From Candidatus Woesebacteria bacterium (GTDB lineage Bacteria; Patescibacteriota; Microgenomatia; UBA8517), in contig CAWASW010000003.1 in assembly GCA_963784785.1 (NCBI GenBank), forward strand, positions 51,216-115,215: a stretch of DNA of 64,000 bases, given 5' to 3'. This document shows, piece by piece, positions 8,925 through 19,577 of this stretch. Below the pieces are notes generated by a model. It did not search any database. It saw only the letters and a program-made list of their open reading frames with translations, and had not been told where the DNA came from. Positions within the stretch are counted from its first letter, which is position 1. Every line of letters begins with the position of its first letter. Made by a program: the position numbers and the translations under genes.

Positions 8925-10070
8925 ATGCTGTATTTAATTTCACTTCTTTCTTTTTTACTTCCCTTTCAGTTGTCACTTCATTTTAATAATTTTCAAAGTA
9001 CCGTGTACGGATTTAGAATAGATTATTTAATTCCGACATTATATATAACAGATATAGTGGCCTTACTAATAATATTTTTTGGCATCGGCGGCGTCATTGC
9101 GAGGAGTTTACGACGTGGCAATCTTAAAGCAAATTACTTCACTTACGTTCGTAATGACACACATGTTATTAAATATCTTATTTTTGCTCTTTTGTATTTG
9201 TCTTTTGCTTATATCAATATTCATAATTCATCATTCATAATTCCTGCAATTTACAAATGGCTTAAGGTTACTGAGATGGTTCTTCTTGGATTAGTTATCT
9301 ACAACAGTAAAAAATTTGATATCTTCAAAAATTTTGTTAAGCCTCTCTCCTATTCAGTTTTTATTGTATCCTTACTTGGAATTTGGCAATTTTTGGTAAA
9401 AGGATCAGTAGGCGGTTTTTTCTACTGGCTTGGTGAAAGAAGCTTTAGCTTCTCTGATCCAAATATTGCACCCTATCCTTACGCAACGTTTTCCCATCCA
9501 AATTCATTTGCAGGTTTTTTACTAGTTTTTGGAATATTTCTTTTGCAATATCGCAACAAATTCAACGCCAAATATTTCTGGTCGTCACTGTTTCTGGTTG
9601 CTACTAATTTAATTTTAACTAATTCGCTCAATATTTATTTAACAATATTTTTGTTATTGCTTCTTAAATTCAAAAATAACATTTCTATGCTTATGTTTAT
9701 TGATTTCACTCAAAGAACATTTACTTATAGAATTGAATTAATTAAGGCTTCTTGGCAGATGATTAAAAATCACTTTTGGTTTGGTGTTGGTCTAAATAAT
9801 TTTATTCCTAATCTTGTAAAGGTTTCTAATACTTTTGTTAACGCTTGGGAATTACAACCTGTTCATAATATATTTCTATTAATATTTTCAGAGACTGGAA
9901 TATTTGGTTTTGTTGCTTTTTGCTTTCTGGTTTTTTCATCTCTATCACCAATCACCTACTCGCTATTCGCTATACTGGCTACTGGTCTGTCTGATCACTA
10001 CTGGTTAACACTTCAACAAAACATGTTGCTGTTTGTTTACGTTATGGTAATATCAAAAAAGAAAATATGA
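8925..10070 (+). CDS. Polytopic membrane protein, O-antigen ligase (Wzy_C)-like
   Basis: About 10 TM segments with a 'WFGVGLNNF' loop motif. Confidence 0.4.
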   Translation: MLYLISLLSFLLPFQLSLHFNNFQSTVYGFRIDYLIPTLYITDIVALLIIFFGIGGVIARSLRRGNLKANYFTYVRNDTHVIKYLIFALLYLSFAYINIHNSSFIIPAIYKWLKVTEMVLLGLVIYNSKKFDIFKNFVKPLSYSVFIVSLLGIWQFLVKGSVGGFFYWLGERSFSFSDPNIAPYPYATFSHPNSFAGFLLVFGIFLLQYRNKFNAKYFWSSLFLVATNLILTNSLNIYLTIFLLLLLKFKNNISMLMFIDFTQRTFTYRIELIKASWQMIKNHFWFGVGLNNFIPNLVKVSNTFVNAWELQPVHNIFLLIFSETGIFGFVAFCFLVFSSLSPITYSLFAILATGLSDHYWLTLQQNMLLFVYVMVISKKKI

Positions 10071-10489
10071 TTATATATTGTGATGGTGGATCAAGAGGAA
10101 ACCCAGGGCCTGCGGCCTCTGCTTTTGTTGCAACTAAAGATGACGTAGTTATTTCAAAAGAAGGAAAGTATTTAGGAATAGAAACAAATAATTTTGCTGA
10201 ATATACGGCAGTTTTGCTCGCCACAGAATGGCTCGTAAAACAAAAAGCATTACAGGTATTACAAGTAGAACAAGTAATTTTCAATTTGGATTCGCAGTTA
10301 GTAGAAAGACAACTTAACGGTGTATACAAAATTAAAAGTGAAAAATTAAAACTGATATATGATCAGATCAAATTATTAATCATTGATTCTTCATTACAAG
10401 TAAAATTTCAGTGGGGGTATAGATCAAAAAATACATTAGCTGATTCATTAGTTAATGAGACATTAGACAATGCTTCAACGGGAAAATGA
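10067..10489 (+). CDS. rnhA: Ribonuclease HI-like
   Basis: N-terminal 'IYCDGGSRGNPGPAASAFV' is the RNase H catalytic N-terminus. Confidence 0.6.
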   Translation: MIIYCDGGSRGNPGPAASAFVATKDDVVISKEGKYLGIETNNFAEYTAVLLATEWLVKQKALQVLQVEQVIFNLDSQLVERQLNGVYKIKSEKLKLIYDQIKLLIIDSSLQVKFQWGYRSKNTLADSLVNETLDNASTGK

Positions 10490-10559
10490 GTTGATCTCTA
10501 CATTGTTCAATTTAATGATATGCGTTAAAAAATTGCATCATTTCGCTATCTGAAATACA

Positions 10560-13091
10560 ATGATAGTTATGCAAGATTTTGATGCAACTTTAGGGATCTA
10601 TTCAGCCCAATCTGAATTAATAGATAGATTGGAATTGAAGTTTAAAGATAAATATTTAGACGTTTTGGTCTTCGATGACGCCAATAATTCAAGGTTAAAA
10701 GATTTTAATTATTTAATAATAAATTTATTAAACGGAAATACAGATTTTGATTCTATTAAAAAACTTGTAACCGTTAACAACGGCAAGATAATTGTCCTAA
10801 TACCTCTATATGTTGAGTCGGAACAAAAATATATAATAGATACTTTTCTAAGCGACCTGTTAGATACTAACAGTAACCTAGGAGTAATACTTGTACCTGA
10901 GCTATTAGGAAACGGTGTTGAATTCGATAAGAATAATATTTCTCATAGTTTAATAATGCAGTCGTTAGTAAGTGAAAGGGTGAAAATTGTAAATGAAAAC
11001 ATTTTAATAAATACAGTTTCACTAAACAAATTAGTCGATACTGTAGTTAAGGAAATTTTTTCATTTGGAGTTTCAGGAGAACGACTTGCTCTAGTGGGAC
11101 CTAGAAGAAGCCCAAAAAGCTTTTCCGTCAATAATTTAGGAATAGAACCAGAGAATTTGATTGTACAAAATTCGATTCAAAGGAGAGAAGAGCTTATAAG
11201 GACGTCATCTTTAAAAGTAGATTTTTCATTAAATATGGCAGTGAAATCTACTATAAATACATTTTTGCCAAATATAAAGCTTGATGAAAATATAATAAAA
11301 AAAGAAAATCCACTTGTCATACAATATGTTGGAAAAAAGATTTTAAGAAGATTATTTAAAATCTCCCTTTTATTAATTTCAATTATTTCTATTCCGTTAG
11401 TTTCATTGATCGTATCAATCGTCTTGTTGTTTATGTCTACAAGATTCATGTTATTTGATAGTGTTAAGGCACATAAATATATAGATTATTCTCTTAATAC
11501 AATTGAATTTTCAAGAAGAATAAGTTTTAACATTCCTTTCTACTACGATCTTTCCAACATAATTTACAAAAGTGCCTCTCTTTTAAGTGAGGGTATTGAG
11601 CTATCAAAAGTGGGTAGCGAATTCATATCTAGAATTATGGGAGATACTGTATACGATTTGTCATCTTATTCTGATAATATTTCTGCCTCGCTTGATAAAA
11701 TACATACGGATATGAGTTTTTTGCAAAGTGACTTTAACGAACTAAATGGCCTGTCAGGTATATTTTCAAAAAAGATATTGAATAAGGCAAATATAGATAT
11801 CAAAAAAAACAAAGAAAAAGTTCTTCATATCAAGAATTTAGCTTCTCGTCTATCCTATTTACTAGGAATGGAAAGACCTATGAAATATTTGGTATTGTTT
11901 CAGAACAATATGGAACTTAGACCTACTGGCGGTTTTATAGGATCATTTGCTATTTTGTCTTTTGACAAAGGTAGAATGTCGGAAATTGTGGTAAGTGATG
12001 TTTACTCTGCAGATGGCCAATTAAAAGGCCACGTGGACCCACCAGAGCCAATAAGGATCTATTTAGGAGAAGGTGGTTGGTATATGAGAGATTCAAATTG
12101 GGATCCTAATTTTCCTGAAAGCGCTAAAAAAATTGAATGGTTCCTAGAAAAGGAAACAAACACTCAAGTAGATGGGGTAATTGCCATTGACTTATTTTTT
12201 GTACAAAAACTGTTAAGTGTAGTTGGCCCACTGAAACTAAATGACTACAATAAAGTCATCACTCCTGAAAATTTATATTCAAATACTCAAGAAGAAGTAG
12301 AATCTAACTTTTTCCCAGGTTCAATCAAAAAGGCAAGTTTTATTACAGGACTCGCTAAGCAACTCATAACAGAAGTTGAATCAATAAAAAGTGATAAATA
12401 CTTTTCTCTTATAAAGCAGATTTATGATTCATTAGAATCCAAACATATACAAATATATTTACATGATTTAAACTCTCAGGATTCAATCGATAAAATGGGT
12501 TACTCTGGAAGTCTTTTGCTAAACACTGAATGCGGACTCAGATGTTTTAAGGATCAATATTCAGTAATTGATGCAAATCTTGGTGTTAACAAAGCCAATT
12601 TGTTTGTAAAACGTAGTTCAGAAGTCAATTTAACTGTAGGAACAGAGTTTGTAAATCACGAGCTTTTAATTACATACGACAATACTGCAAATCCAGCGCT
12701 TGGTGATGCTGGTTTATACAAGACATACACTAGAGTTATAGTCCCTAACACTTCTAATATCGTCGGAGTCAGATCGTACAACGTTGACGGAGGATTTGAG
12801 GATATTCCTTTTGACATTACAGATTTAAACGGTAATAGAGAAGTTGGATTTTTGATAAAGGTGTTGCCAAATAGCACTGAGAAGATATTGATTTCATGGA
12901 ATATTAACACAGACAAGTTGAAAAATGGTGGTGAATTTGATCTAAGCGTAAGAAAACAGGCTGGTACTGAAAATGACAAATTGACATTAAATATTTCAAA
13001 TAGTGATCTAGCCTTGACTGGAAGGGCACCTTCAGTTTATACTACAGCATTGGACAGAGATTTTAATCTCAAATTATTTTTTAGACCATAA
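10560..13091 (+). CDS. Large membrane-anchored protein (843 aa) with a big extracytoplasmic domain. Function unknown (possibly DUF4012-like).
   Basis: Long ORF with a central TM ('ISLLLISIISIPLVSLIVSIVLLFM') and a C-terminal beta-rich region. Confidence 0.5.
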   Translation: MIVMQDFDATLGIYSAQSELIDRLELKFKDKYLDVLVFDDANNSRLKDFNYLIINLLNGNTDFDSIKKLVTVNNGKIIVLIPLYVESEQKYIIDTFLSDLLDTNSNLGVILVPELLGNGVEFDKNNISHSLIMQSLVSERVKIVNENILINTVSLNKLVDTVVKEIFSFGVSGERLALVGPRRSPKSFSVNNLGIEPENLIVQNSIQRREELIRTSSLKVDFSLNMAVKSTINTFLPNIKLDENIIKKENPLVIQYVGKKILRRLFKISLLLISIISIPLVSLIVSIVLLFMSTRFMLFDSVKAHKYIDYSLNTIEFSRRISFNIPFYYDLSNIIYKSASLLSEGIELSKVGSEFISRIMGDTVYDLSSYSDNISASLDKIHTDMSFLQSDFNELNGLSGIFSKKILNKANIDIKKNKEKVLHIKNLASRLSYLLGMERPMKYLVLFQNNMELRPTGGFIGSFAILSFDKGRMSEIVVSDVYSADGQLKGHVDPPEPIRIYLGEGGWYMRDSNWDPNFPESAKKIEWFLEKETNTQVDGVIAIDLFFVQKLLSVVGPLKLNDYNKVITPENLYSNTQEEVESNFFPGSIKKASFITGLAKQLITEVESIKSDKYFSLIKQIYDSLESKHIQIYLHDLNSQDSIDKMGYSGSLLLNTECGLRCFKDQYSVIDANLGVNKANLFVKRSSEVNLTVGTEFVNHELLITYDNTANPALGDAGLYKTYTRVIVPNTSNIVGVRSYNVDGGFEDIPFDITDLNGNREVGFLIKVLPNSTEKILISWNINTDKLKNGGEFDLSVRKQAGTENDKLTLNISNSDLALTGRAPSVYTTALDRDFNLKLFFRP

Positions 13092-13742
13092 ATGACAAAA
13101 ATTACACTCAAAACAGAAAAGAGAGAGTTATTCGGTAGAAAAGTATCTAGACTTAGAAAAGCTGGATTTATCCCTGCAAATATTTTTGGTAACAAAATTA
13201 AATCTGAAGCTATTTCAGTTGATGCAAAAGAGTTTGCAGATATATTTAAAAAAGCAGGTGAGACACAAATAATTGATTTAGGCGGTAAGTCTGTTCTTGT
13301 ATCTAATATTCAAAAAGATCCAATTTCTGATTTGGTTATTCATGTAGATTTTAGGCAAGTTAGTTTGACAGAAAAGATTGAAGCTAAAATACCTGTTGAA
13401 TTACAAGGTGAATCACCTGTAGAGAAACACGGATTAGGAACAGTTGTTCAACAGTTAAGTGAAATTGAAGTTGAGGCTTTGCCATCTGATTTACCAGAAA
13501 AGATAATTGTTGACGCTTCTATCTTGTCAGAAGTAGATCAAACAATTTATGTAAAGGACTTAAAGGTTGATAAGAAAGTTGAGATTAAGACTGATATGGA
13601 ATCAATTGTTGTTAAGGTGGAACCTCCAACTAAAGAAGAAGTAGTTGAAGTTCCAGTAGTTGCAGAAGGTGAAGTAGCAGCTGTAGAAGGTGCAAAACCT
13701 GCTGAAACTAAGGCTGAAGATAATTCGGATCAATCTGCTTAA
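13092..13742 (+). CDS. rplY: 50S ribosomal protein L25/general stress protein Ctc
   Basis: 'MTKITLKTEKRELFGRKVSRLRKAGFIPANIFG' with an acidic C-terminal extension. Confidence 0.8.
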   Translation: MTKITLKTEKRELFGRKVSRLRKAGFIPANIFGNKIKSEAISVDAKEFADIFKKAGETQIIDLGGKSVLVSNIQKDPISDLVIHVDFRQVSLTEKIEAKIPVELQGESPVEKHGLGTVVQQLSEIEVEALPSDLPEKIIVDASILSEVDQTIYVKDLKVDKKVEIKTDMESIVVKVEPPTKEEVVEVPVVAEGEVAAVEGAKPAETKAEDNSDQSA

Positions 13743-13939
13743 CTTTATCCATTCTTCCTAGTTCAATCCAAGCATCTCTGTAAGTAGGATGTTTTGCAAC
13801 CATTTCTTCCCAAAATACATTATCAGTTTCAGACCCCAAAACTTGTATGTGTTCTTCTCTACTGAAAGCAAGGTTAAATGCAGATAGCACTAGAATTAGT
13901 ACAGCAATATTAATGTAAAAAAGTGTGGAAAGTTCGTTA

Positions 13940-16000
13940 TTAAACTTTTTTATTTTGGCCATTATCCATACTAGGCCAAATTGAGTTGATTAGTAAAGTA
14001 TCATTTCCTAATTCTTTCCACACAGCTTCAGTAACAAAAGGCATAAATGGGTGTAATAATTTCAATAAAGTTTGCAAAGCAAATTTAAGTTGTGTTGAAC
14101 TGATTTCATTTCTTTTTGCTCTTTCTATCTCAATATCACAGAATTTGTGCCAAAAACTATCGTATAGCACCTCCGCAGCAAGACCAATTTTGTAATCGTC
14201 CAATAACTTTGTAATTCTTTTTGGAAGATTTTGTAGATAATACTTATTAAATTCTTGATCGTCTTTAACTTCGTTGTTTTGATCTATAACAAATCTTGCT
14301 GCATTCCAGATTTTATTTGAAAAATTTCTCATACCTTTAAAGGTATTTTCGCCTACACTTTTATCTGTTGCGGGGGTTGAGCTCATGATAAGAGCGAAAC
14401 GGAGTGCGTCAGTTCCATATTTTTCAACAATTTCTAGTGGATTAATTACATTTCCAATAGATTTGCTCATTTTTCTACCTTTTTCGTCTCTGACTAATCC
14501 ATGTAAATATACAGTTTTGAATGGGGATTTTCCTGTTACATAAATTCCAAGAAGCATCATTCTCATAACCCAAAATGGCAAAATGTCATAGCCAGTTTCC
14601 ATTACATCAGTAGGATAGTACTTTTTGAAATCATCTGAATCTGGATATCCAAGTGTTGCATATGGCCATTGTCCGGATGAAAACCATGTGTCAAAAGTAT
14701 CAGTTTCTTGCACCCAATCACCTTCTGGCTTTTCTATGCTAACTACATATTTTCCATCAGGAGAGTACCACGCCGGAATTTGAATTCCCCAAACTATGTT
14801 TCTCGAAATATTCCAGTCTTTTAAATTGTTTAACCAATGTCTTAATATCTTTTCTTGGCCAGCTCCAAGTACGACAGTCTCTTTATTATCAAGTGCCTTG
14901 AGTGCTTTCTCGGCTAGTGGTTTCACCTTAATAAAAAATTGTTCGAGTGGAAGTGGTTCTAAAATACTGTGACATCTGTAACAAGTTCCAACACTGTTTG
15001 TGTACTTTTCATCAATTCTCTCAATATTTCCTGATTCATTTAATATTTTAACAATTTCTTCACGAGCAGTAAAAACTCTTTTACCATCAGCTGGTCCACC
15101 TATCATTTTTCCTTGGGTACTTATTGCCTTAATGATTGGTAACCCTAATTTTTGAGCCACATCAAAATCTGTTTGGTCGTGTGCAGGGGTTAATTTAACT
15201 ATGCCTGTTCCGAATTCAGGATCCACAAATGAATCTTCAATAACTTCCATAACAGCTCCCGTCAAAGGGTTTAATAGTTTTTGCCCCTTTAGGTGTTTAG
15301 TCTTTTTATTTTTTGGATTAATTGCAAGGTGAGTATCAACATGAATTGGTTCTGGCCTTGTGGTTGCAACTGTTACAAATTTTGTTGGATCATCAGCATA
15401 AAAATATTTAATATAGTAAAGTGGACTATTTTTTTCTTCGTGAACGACTTCCAAGTCAGAATAACCAGTTCCACATTTAGTACAGTAATTAACAAGTCTT
15501 TCGCCTCTATAAATTAACCCGTCGTTGTTTAATTTTACAAAAGTTTCTTTTACTAGTTTAACTATGTCTGAATCGAGAGTAAATTTGTATTTACTCCAAT
15601 CTGCAGAGGCACCTAACTTCTTCATTTGATTTAAAGCCACACCAGAATTTTCCTGTACGTAATCCCAAATCATCTTGTAAAGTGTGTCTTTGTCAAAATC
15701 AAAACGGGACTGACCCTTTTTAGCTAACTTTTTCTCAAAAACGAATTGCGTTTCAATACCTGCATGATCTGTTCCGGGAAGCCATAAAGTAGATTCTCCA
15801 AGCATTCTGTGATATCTAATTAAAATATCTTCAACAGTAATAAACATTGCATGTCCGATATGGAGCGGATCGTTGGCATTTGGAGGAGGCATGATAATGG
15901 AAAATACTTTCTTTGAGGGATTTGGTTTAAAGCTGTCTGCCTTTTCCCACTCATTGTATATTTTGTCCTCGTATAATTTGTGGTTATAATTAGTATCCAT
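13940..16000 (-). CDS. valS: Valine--tRNA ligase (short form lacking the C-terminal coiled coil)
   Basis: 'PPPNANDPLHIGHA' (HIGH), 'GTDHAGIETQ' and 'KMSKS' motifs. Confidence 0.8.
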   Translation of the reverse strand: MDTNYNHKLYEDKIYNEWEKADSFKPNPSKKVFSIIMPPPNANDPLHIGHAMFITVEDILIRYHRMLGESTLWLPGTDHAGIETQFVFEKKLAKKGQSRFDFDKDTLYKMIWDYVQENSGVALNQMKKLGASADWSKYKFTLDSDIVKLVKETFVKLNNDGLIYRGERLVNYCTKCGTGYSDLEVVHEEKNSPLYYIKYFYADDPTKFVTVATTRPEPIHVDTHLAINPKNKKTKHLKGQKLLNPLTGAVMEVIEDSFVDPEFGTGIVKLTPAHDQTDFDVAQKLGLPIIKAISTQGKMIGGPADGKRVFTAREEIVKILNESGNIERIDEKYTNSVGTCYRCHSILEPLPLEQFFIKVKPLAEKALKALDNKETVVLGAGQEKILRHWLNNLKDWNISRNIVWGIQIPAWYSPDGKYVVSIEKPEGDWVQETDTFDTWFSSGQWPYATLGYPDSDDFKKYYPTDVMETGYDILPFWVMRMMLLGIYVTGKSPFKTVYLHGLVRDEKGRKMSKSIGNVINPLEIVEKYGTDALRFALIMSSTPATDKSVGENTFKGMRNFSNKIWNAARFVIDQNNEVKDDQEFNKYYLQNLPKRITKLLDDYKIGLAAEVLYDSFWHKFCDIEIERAKRNEISSTQLKFALQTLLKLLHPFMPFVTEAVWKELGNDTLLINSIWPSMDNGQNKKV

Positions 16001-16021
16001 GCCTATTATTGTACCATGAAG

Positions 16022-17068
16022 TTATATTTTAAGTCTTGGGTTACGGTCGATTGTTTTATAATCATAAAATTGTTTCAAATCTGATTTCCCATACTTTAAA
16101 TATGCGCAAACCCCAATCATTGCAGCGTTGTCTCCATTAAGCTTCTTATTGTAAGGAACGTGCAATGCAATTTTGTGTTTTTTGCATAGTTTACGTAGAC
16201 GTCTTTTGATTTCTACGTTGTTGGCTACACCACCCCCAAAGAGCAAATGATTTATGAATAATGATTTATGATTTATGATTTGGAACTCTAATACCTTCTC
16301 AACATGATTGAAGGCCACGGATTGAAAACTGGCTGCAAGGTCTGCTATATCTTCTTTAGTTGGATCTTTTATAGAATCAAACAGCCTAACGAATGCAGTT
16401 TTTAATCCTGAGTAACTAAATCTATTTTTCTCTTTGTCGTTTTGAAGGGGTAGGGGTAATTTATATTTTTTAGGGTCACCACTTTTGGCCAATTTTTCAA
16501 GTATCGCTCCACCTGGATAACCAAGTCCTAAAAGTCTTGCCCCTTTATCAAGTGCTTCACCTAATGCGTCATCTGAAGTTTCAGCAAGTATTTTATAATC
16601 TTCAATGCTCTTTACAAGACAAAGCGTAGTCGTGCCCCCAGAAAGAACTAGTCCAAAGGCGGGGAACGAGATTAAAGATTTTGGATTATGGATTAAAGAC
16701 TTCGGAACACAAAAGGACGATAGCAAATGAGCTTCGACATGATTTATTGGAATTAAAGGTTTATCGTATTTGGTGGCTAATTCTTCTGCTTTGTTTATGC
16801 CTACGCCAAGTGCAATTCCTAATCCTGGGCCAATTGTGACTGCTATTGCATCGATGCTACTCATTCCTAATTTCGCGTTCCTCATTGCTTTCTCAATTAC
16901 CCAATCAATTCTTTCTTCGTGCTGTCTTTGTGCGAGGCTAGGCATGACTCCTCCGAACGTAGAATGCATTGCCGCCTGAGACCAAACTACAGACGAATCA
17001 ATCTCGGTATTGTGGGTAACTGCTACTGCAGTCTCATCACAAGATGTATCAATTGAAAGTATCACCAT
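16022..17068 (-). CDS. tsaD: tRNA N6-adenosine threonylcarbamoyltransferase TsaD/Kae1
   Basis: 'MVILSIDTSCDETAVAV' with an ASKHA fold and an His pair. Confidence 0.9.
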   Translation of the reverse strand: MVILSIDTSCDETAVAVTHNTEIDSSVVWSQAAMHSTFGGVMPSLAQRQHEERIDWVIEKAMRNAKLGMSSIDAIAVTIGPGLGIALGVGINKAEELATKYDKPLIPINHVEAHLLSSFCVPKSLIHNPKSLISFPAFGLVLSGGTTTLCLVKSIEDYKILAETSDDALGEALDKGARLLGLGYPGGAILEKLAKSGDPKKYKLPLPLQNDKEKNRFSYSGLKTAFVRLFDSIKDPTKEDIADLAASFQSVAFNHVEKVLEFQIINHKSLFINHLLFGGGVANNVEIKRRLRKLCKKHKIALHVPYNKKLNGDNAAMIGVCAYLKYGKSDLKQFYDYKTIDRNPRLKI

Positions 17069-17071
17069 ATA

Positions 17072-18121
17072 TTAAAATATACCCCAACTAATAAGCCTAT
17101 CGTCTATACTTTTGCTGTATTTAATTTTTACCCAAACGATTATCGCATCATCAGAGTAATTTTTAATTTCTTGAATTGCTCTATCTGCCCATTCAATGGC
17201 TACTACAGAATTTTTTTTCAGAATATTTTTAATATCTAAATCCTTTAATTCTTGGTTAGGTTCTATCATTCGCCACGTGTCTATGTGTGTCAGTAAACCA
17301 TATGAATTAAGTAAATCGTATGATGGAGAGGTTATTTTTTCATCAATTTGCATAGCTCTAGCCAATCCTTTTGCAAATTGAGTTTTACCTGCCCCCATCT
17401 GTCCTTCTAGTGCAAAAATTATTGATCTTTTTTCAGCAAAACTTTCATATTTTTGCCATAGTTCTTTGGCTATGTTTTGTGTATTTTCTTCACTTCTACT
17501 TAGGACTTCATTTTCGTCTCTTAGTTTAATCTCACCTTGCCTTAATATAACAGGCTCATCGTCTAAAGTTGTATCTATTACTGTTGAAGGCTCATTGTGT
17601 GGAAGTTCTCCTGCATCGATCATCAGGTCAATTAACTTTTTTTGTTTCTCTGAAATATTATCTAAGATATCAGATAGTTTGTATGGACGCCTTTGATAAC
17701 TTGCATTAGCGCTAGTTGCTGTAATAGGTTTATTAAATTTTTTACAAACTTTTTGAAAGAAATCATAATCTGGAATTCTAATTCCCAGTGTGCCGTTTTC
17801 TGCTTCGACACCATTTGCAACTTTATGTGTTCCTGTTGAAACGACTGTAACTGGACCGGGGAGAAATCTCTTATATAAGTCTTTTGCAGTAGCATTGAGA
17901 ACTACATATTCACTGGCCATTGTAATATCAGTTACTCCAACAGAAAAAGGTTTTCCAAAAGGACGGTTTTTAAAACTCACCAGTTTTTTTACAGCTTCTT
18001 CATTTGTGGCATCAACCGCTGCGATGTATACAGTTTCTGTAGCCATAAAAATAAGCTGCCCTTTTTCTAAAGCTTCAACGGCAATTTCTATAGCACTTTC
18101 ATTTTCGGGAATTATTTTCAT
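17072..18121 (-). CDS. tsaC-tsaE: Fusion of threonylcarbamoyl-AMP synthase (TsaC/YrdC domain, N-terminal) and TsaE P-loop ATPase (C-terminal)
   Basis: N-terminal YrdC-like 'TETVYIAAVDATN...' and C-terminal 'EGQMGAGKTQFAKGLA' (the TsaE Walker A). Immediately upstream of tsaD. Confidence 0.7.
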   Translation of the reverse strand: MKIIPENESAIEIAVEALEKGQLIFMATETVYIAAVDATNEEAVKKLVSFKNRPFGKPFSVGVTDITMASEYVVLNATAKDLYKRFLPGPVTVVSTGTHKVANGVEAENGTLGIRIPDYDFFQKVCKKFNKPITATSANASYQRRPYKLSDILDNISEKQKKLIDLMIDAGELPHNEPSTVIDTTLDDEPVILRQGEIKLRDENEVLSRSEENTQNIAKELWQKYESFAEKRSIIFALEGQMGAGKTQFAKGLARAMQIDEKITSPSYDLLNSYGLLTHIDTWRMIEPNQELKDLDIKNILKKNSVVAIEWADRAIQEIKNYSDDAIIVWVKIKYSKSIDDRLISWGIF

Positions 18122-18145
18122 ACAATGAAGCTATTTTACCAGTTT

Positions 18146-18799
18146 TTACTTAATAATGCCCAATTCGTTATTAATTATTGGTTCTAATATTTTATAATCA
18201 CTATGAATTTGGCCGTGTGATGGATGACCATCCAACAAGATTATTGGCCAATTAAGTGTCTGAGGACTTTTAAACGGCGCTTTCAGGTCATTATCTGAAA
18301 AAATACTTAGTACTTTACCTTTAGAAGGGCTAATATTTCTTATCTCTCTTAAATAATCACTTCCACCAACTAATTCTTTTAAAGTTTCACCCATAAATTT
18401 AATTTTATTCGCAGGGGGTGAACCAAACAATGGGGATGCCACTGTTATTATTTTTTTAAATTTATCCCAACCATATTTATCAGCATATTTTAATGCGATG
18501 ATTCCACCAGCGCTAAATCCTAAAATAAAAGAATCTGGATATCTATTTATGTATTTATCTAATTGATCAATATATTTATCTAGCCCATCTTTAATATCTC
18601 CAAAATACGTTAGGATGCCACTGACCTGATTTTTAGCCATATACTTCCTAAATCCATTTTTTGCCCATCCACCTCCAAATCCATGAAGTGCTATTATTGG
18701 TCCACTAGTACCCTTAAACTCAAACTCACTTTTTGCATTTTCAAACATAACTTCATATCCATATTTAAAATCTTCTGTTAATTCAGTGAATATTGACAT
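18146..18799 (-). CDS. Alpha/beta-hydrolase fold protein (GxSxG 'GFSAGG')
   Basis: 'ALHGFGGG' oxyanion region and 'LGFSAGG' nucleophile elbow. Confidence 0.55.
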   Translation of the reverse strand: MSIFTELTEDFKYGYEVMFENAKSEFEFKGTSGPIIALHGFGGGWAKNGFRKYMAKNQVSGILTYFGDIKDGLDKYIDQLDKYINRYPDSFILGFSAGGIIALKYADKYGWDKFKKIITVASPLFGSPPANKIKFMGETLKELVGGSDYLREIRNISPSKGKVLSIFSDNDLKAPFKSPQTLNWPIILLDGHPSHGQIHSDYKILEPIINNELGIIK

Positions 18800-18809
18800 T
18801 ATCGATTAT

Positions 18810-18932
18810 AAAATAAGCGCGGTCTTAACGTATATTTCAACAATTTCTATTTCATTATTAATACCATTTACTGAAGGTATGGCAACCAATTTCTGAATAA
18901 ATTTAGTTATCTCTTGATTATAATCATTCATA
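18810..18932 (-). pseudogene. Remnant N-terminus of an M20-family peptidase/deacetylase (ArgE/DapE-like), 40 codons then a stop.
   Basis: 'MNDYNQEITKFIQKLVAIPSVNGINNEIEIVEIY' matches the M20 N-terminal 'LVxIPSVxG' signature. No downstream continuation. Confidence 0.35.
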
Positions 18933-19559
18933 TTAATTTATATGATCATTATCTTTAAAATGTTTGCGTTCGTGTTTGATTGCAAAAATAATGACAATTG
19001 CAGCGATTAATAGAAATACCCAAGATAACATGCCTGCGCTGCTTGCAATCTTCCTTAAATTTTCTTTTTCAAAACCTGCAAAATATCCCAACATTACCAT
19101 TAAAGTAACCCAAGTTAATGACGCTACATATGCAAAAATATTAAATTTAACAAAATTATATTTTTCTACCCCTGCAATGTAGCTTATCCAAAATCGGGTT
19201 AAATTGGCCATCATTGAGGTTGTTAATACAACTGCTCCATTATTTTTAAGCATTCTTTTAGCCATCTCTGCGTTTTTTTCTTGATGCAATTTTTTAATTA
19301 ACCAGTTGCCACTTCTTACACCTAACAAGTAGGCAATAATAAGTGCAATCCAAGCGCCGAATGTTCCCCAGATAATTATTGGAGCCAAATGTAGTAGCTG
19401 ACTGCCATTAGATAAGTATCCTGCGAGCAATAAAATCGCACCACCCGGCACAGTCCAACCAAGTGGAGTAATTTCTATTAAACTCCCAAAAAAAATTATT
19501 GGGTATCCCCAATGTTCAAAAAGACTTGCTAATGTATCTAAAATTTGGAGTAAATCCAT
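18933..19559 (-). CDS. DedA/VTT-family membrane protein
   Basis: 'GYPIIFFGSLIEITPLGWTVPGG'. Confidence 0.7.
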   Translation of the reverse strand: MDLLQILDTLASLFEHWGYPIIFFGSLIEITPLGWTVPGGAILLLAGYLSNGSQLLHLAPIIIWGTFGAWIALIIAYLLGVRSGNWLIKKLHQEKNAEMAKRMLKNNGAVVLTTSMMANLTRFWISYIAGVEKYNFVKFNIFAYVASLTWVTLMVMLGYFAGFEKENLRKIASSAGMLSWVFLLIAAIVIIFAIKHERKHFKDNDHIN

Positions 19560-19577
19560 ATTTAAAAAATTATAACA

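Noticed and set aside
16245-16285. Possible CRISPR array or minisatellite
   Set aside because: It is only a 3-4-unit AT-rich slippage repeat inside tsaD. There are no repeat-spacer units and no cas genes anywhere in the window.
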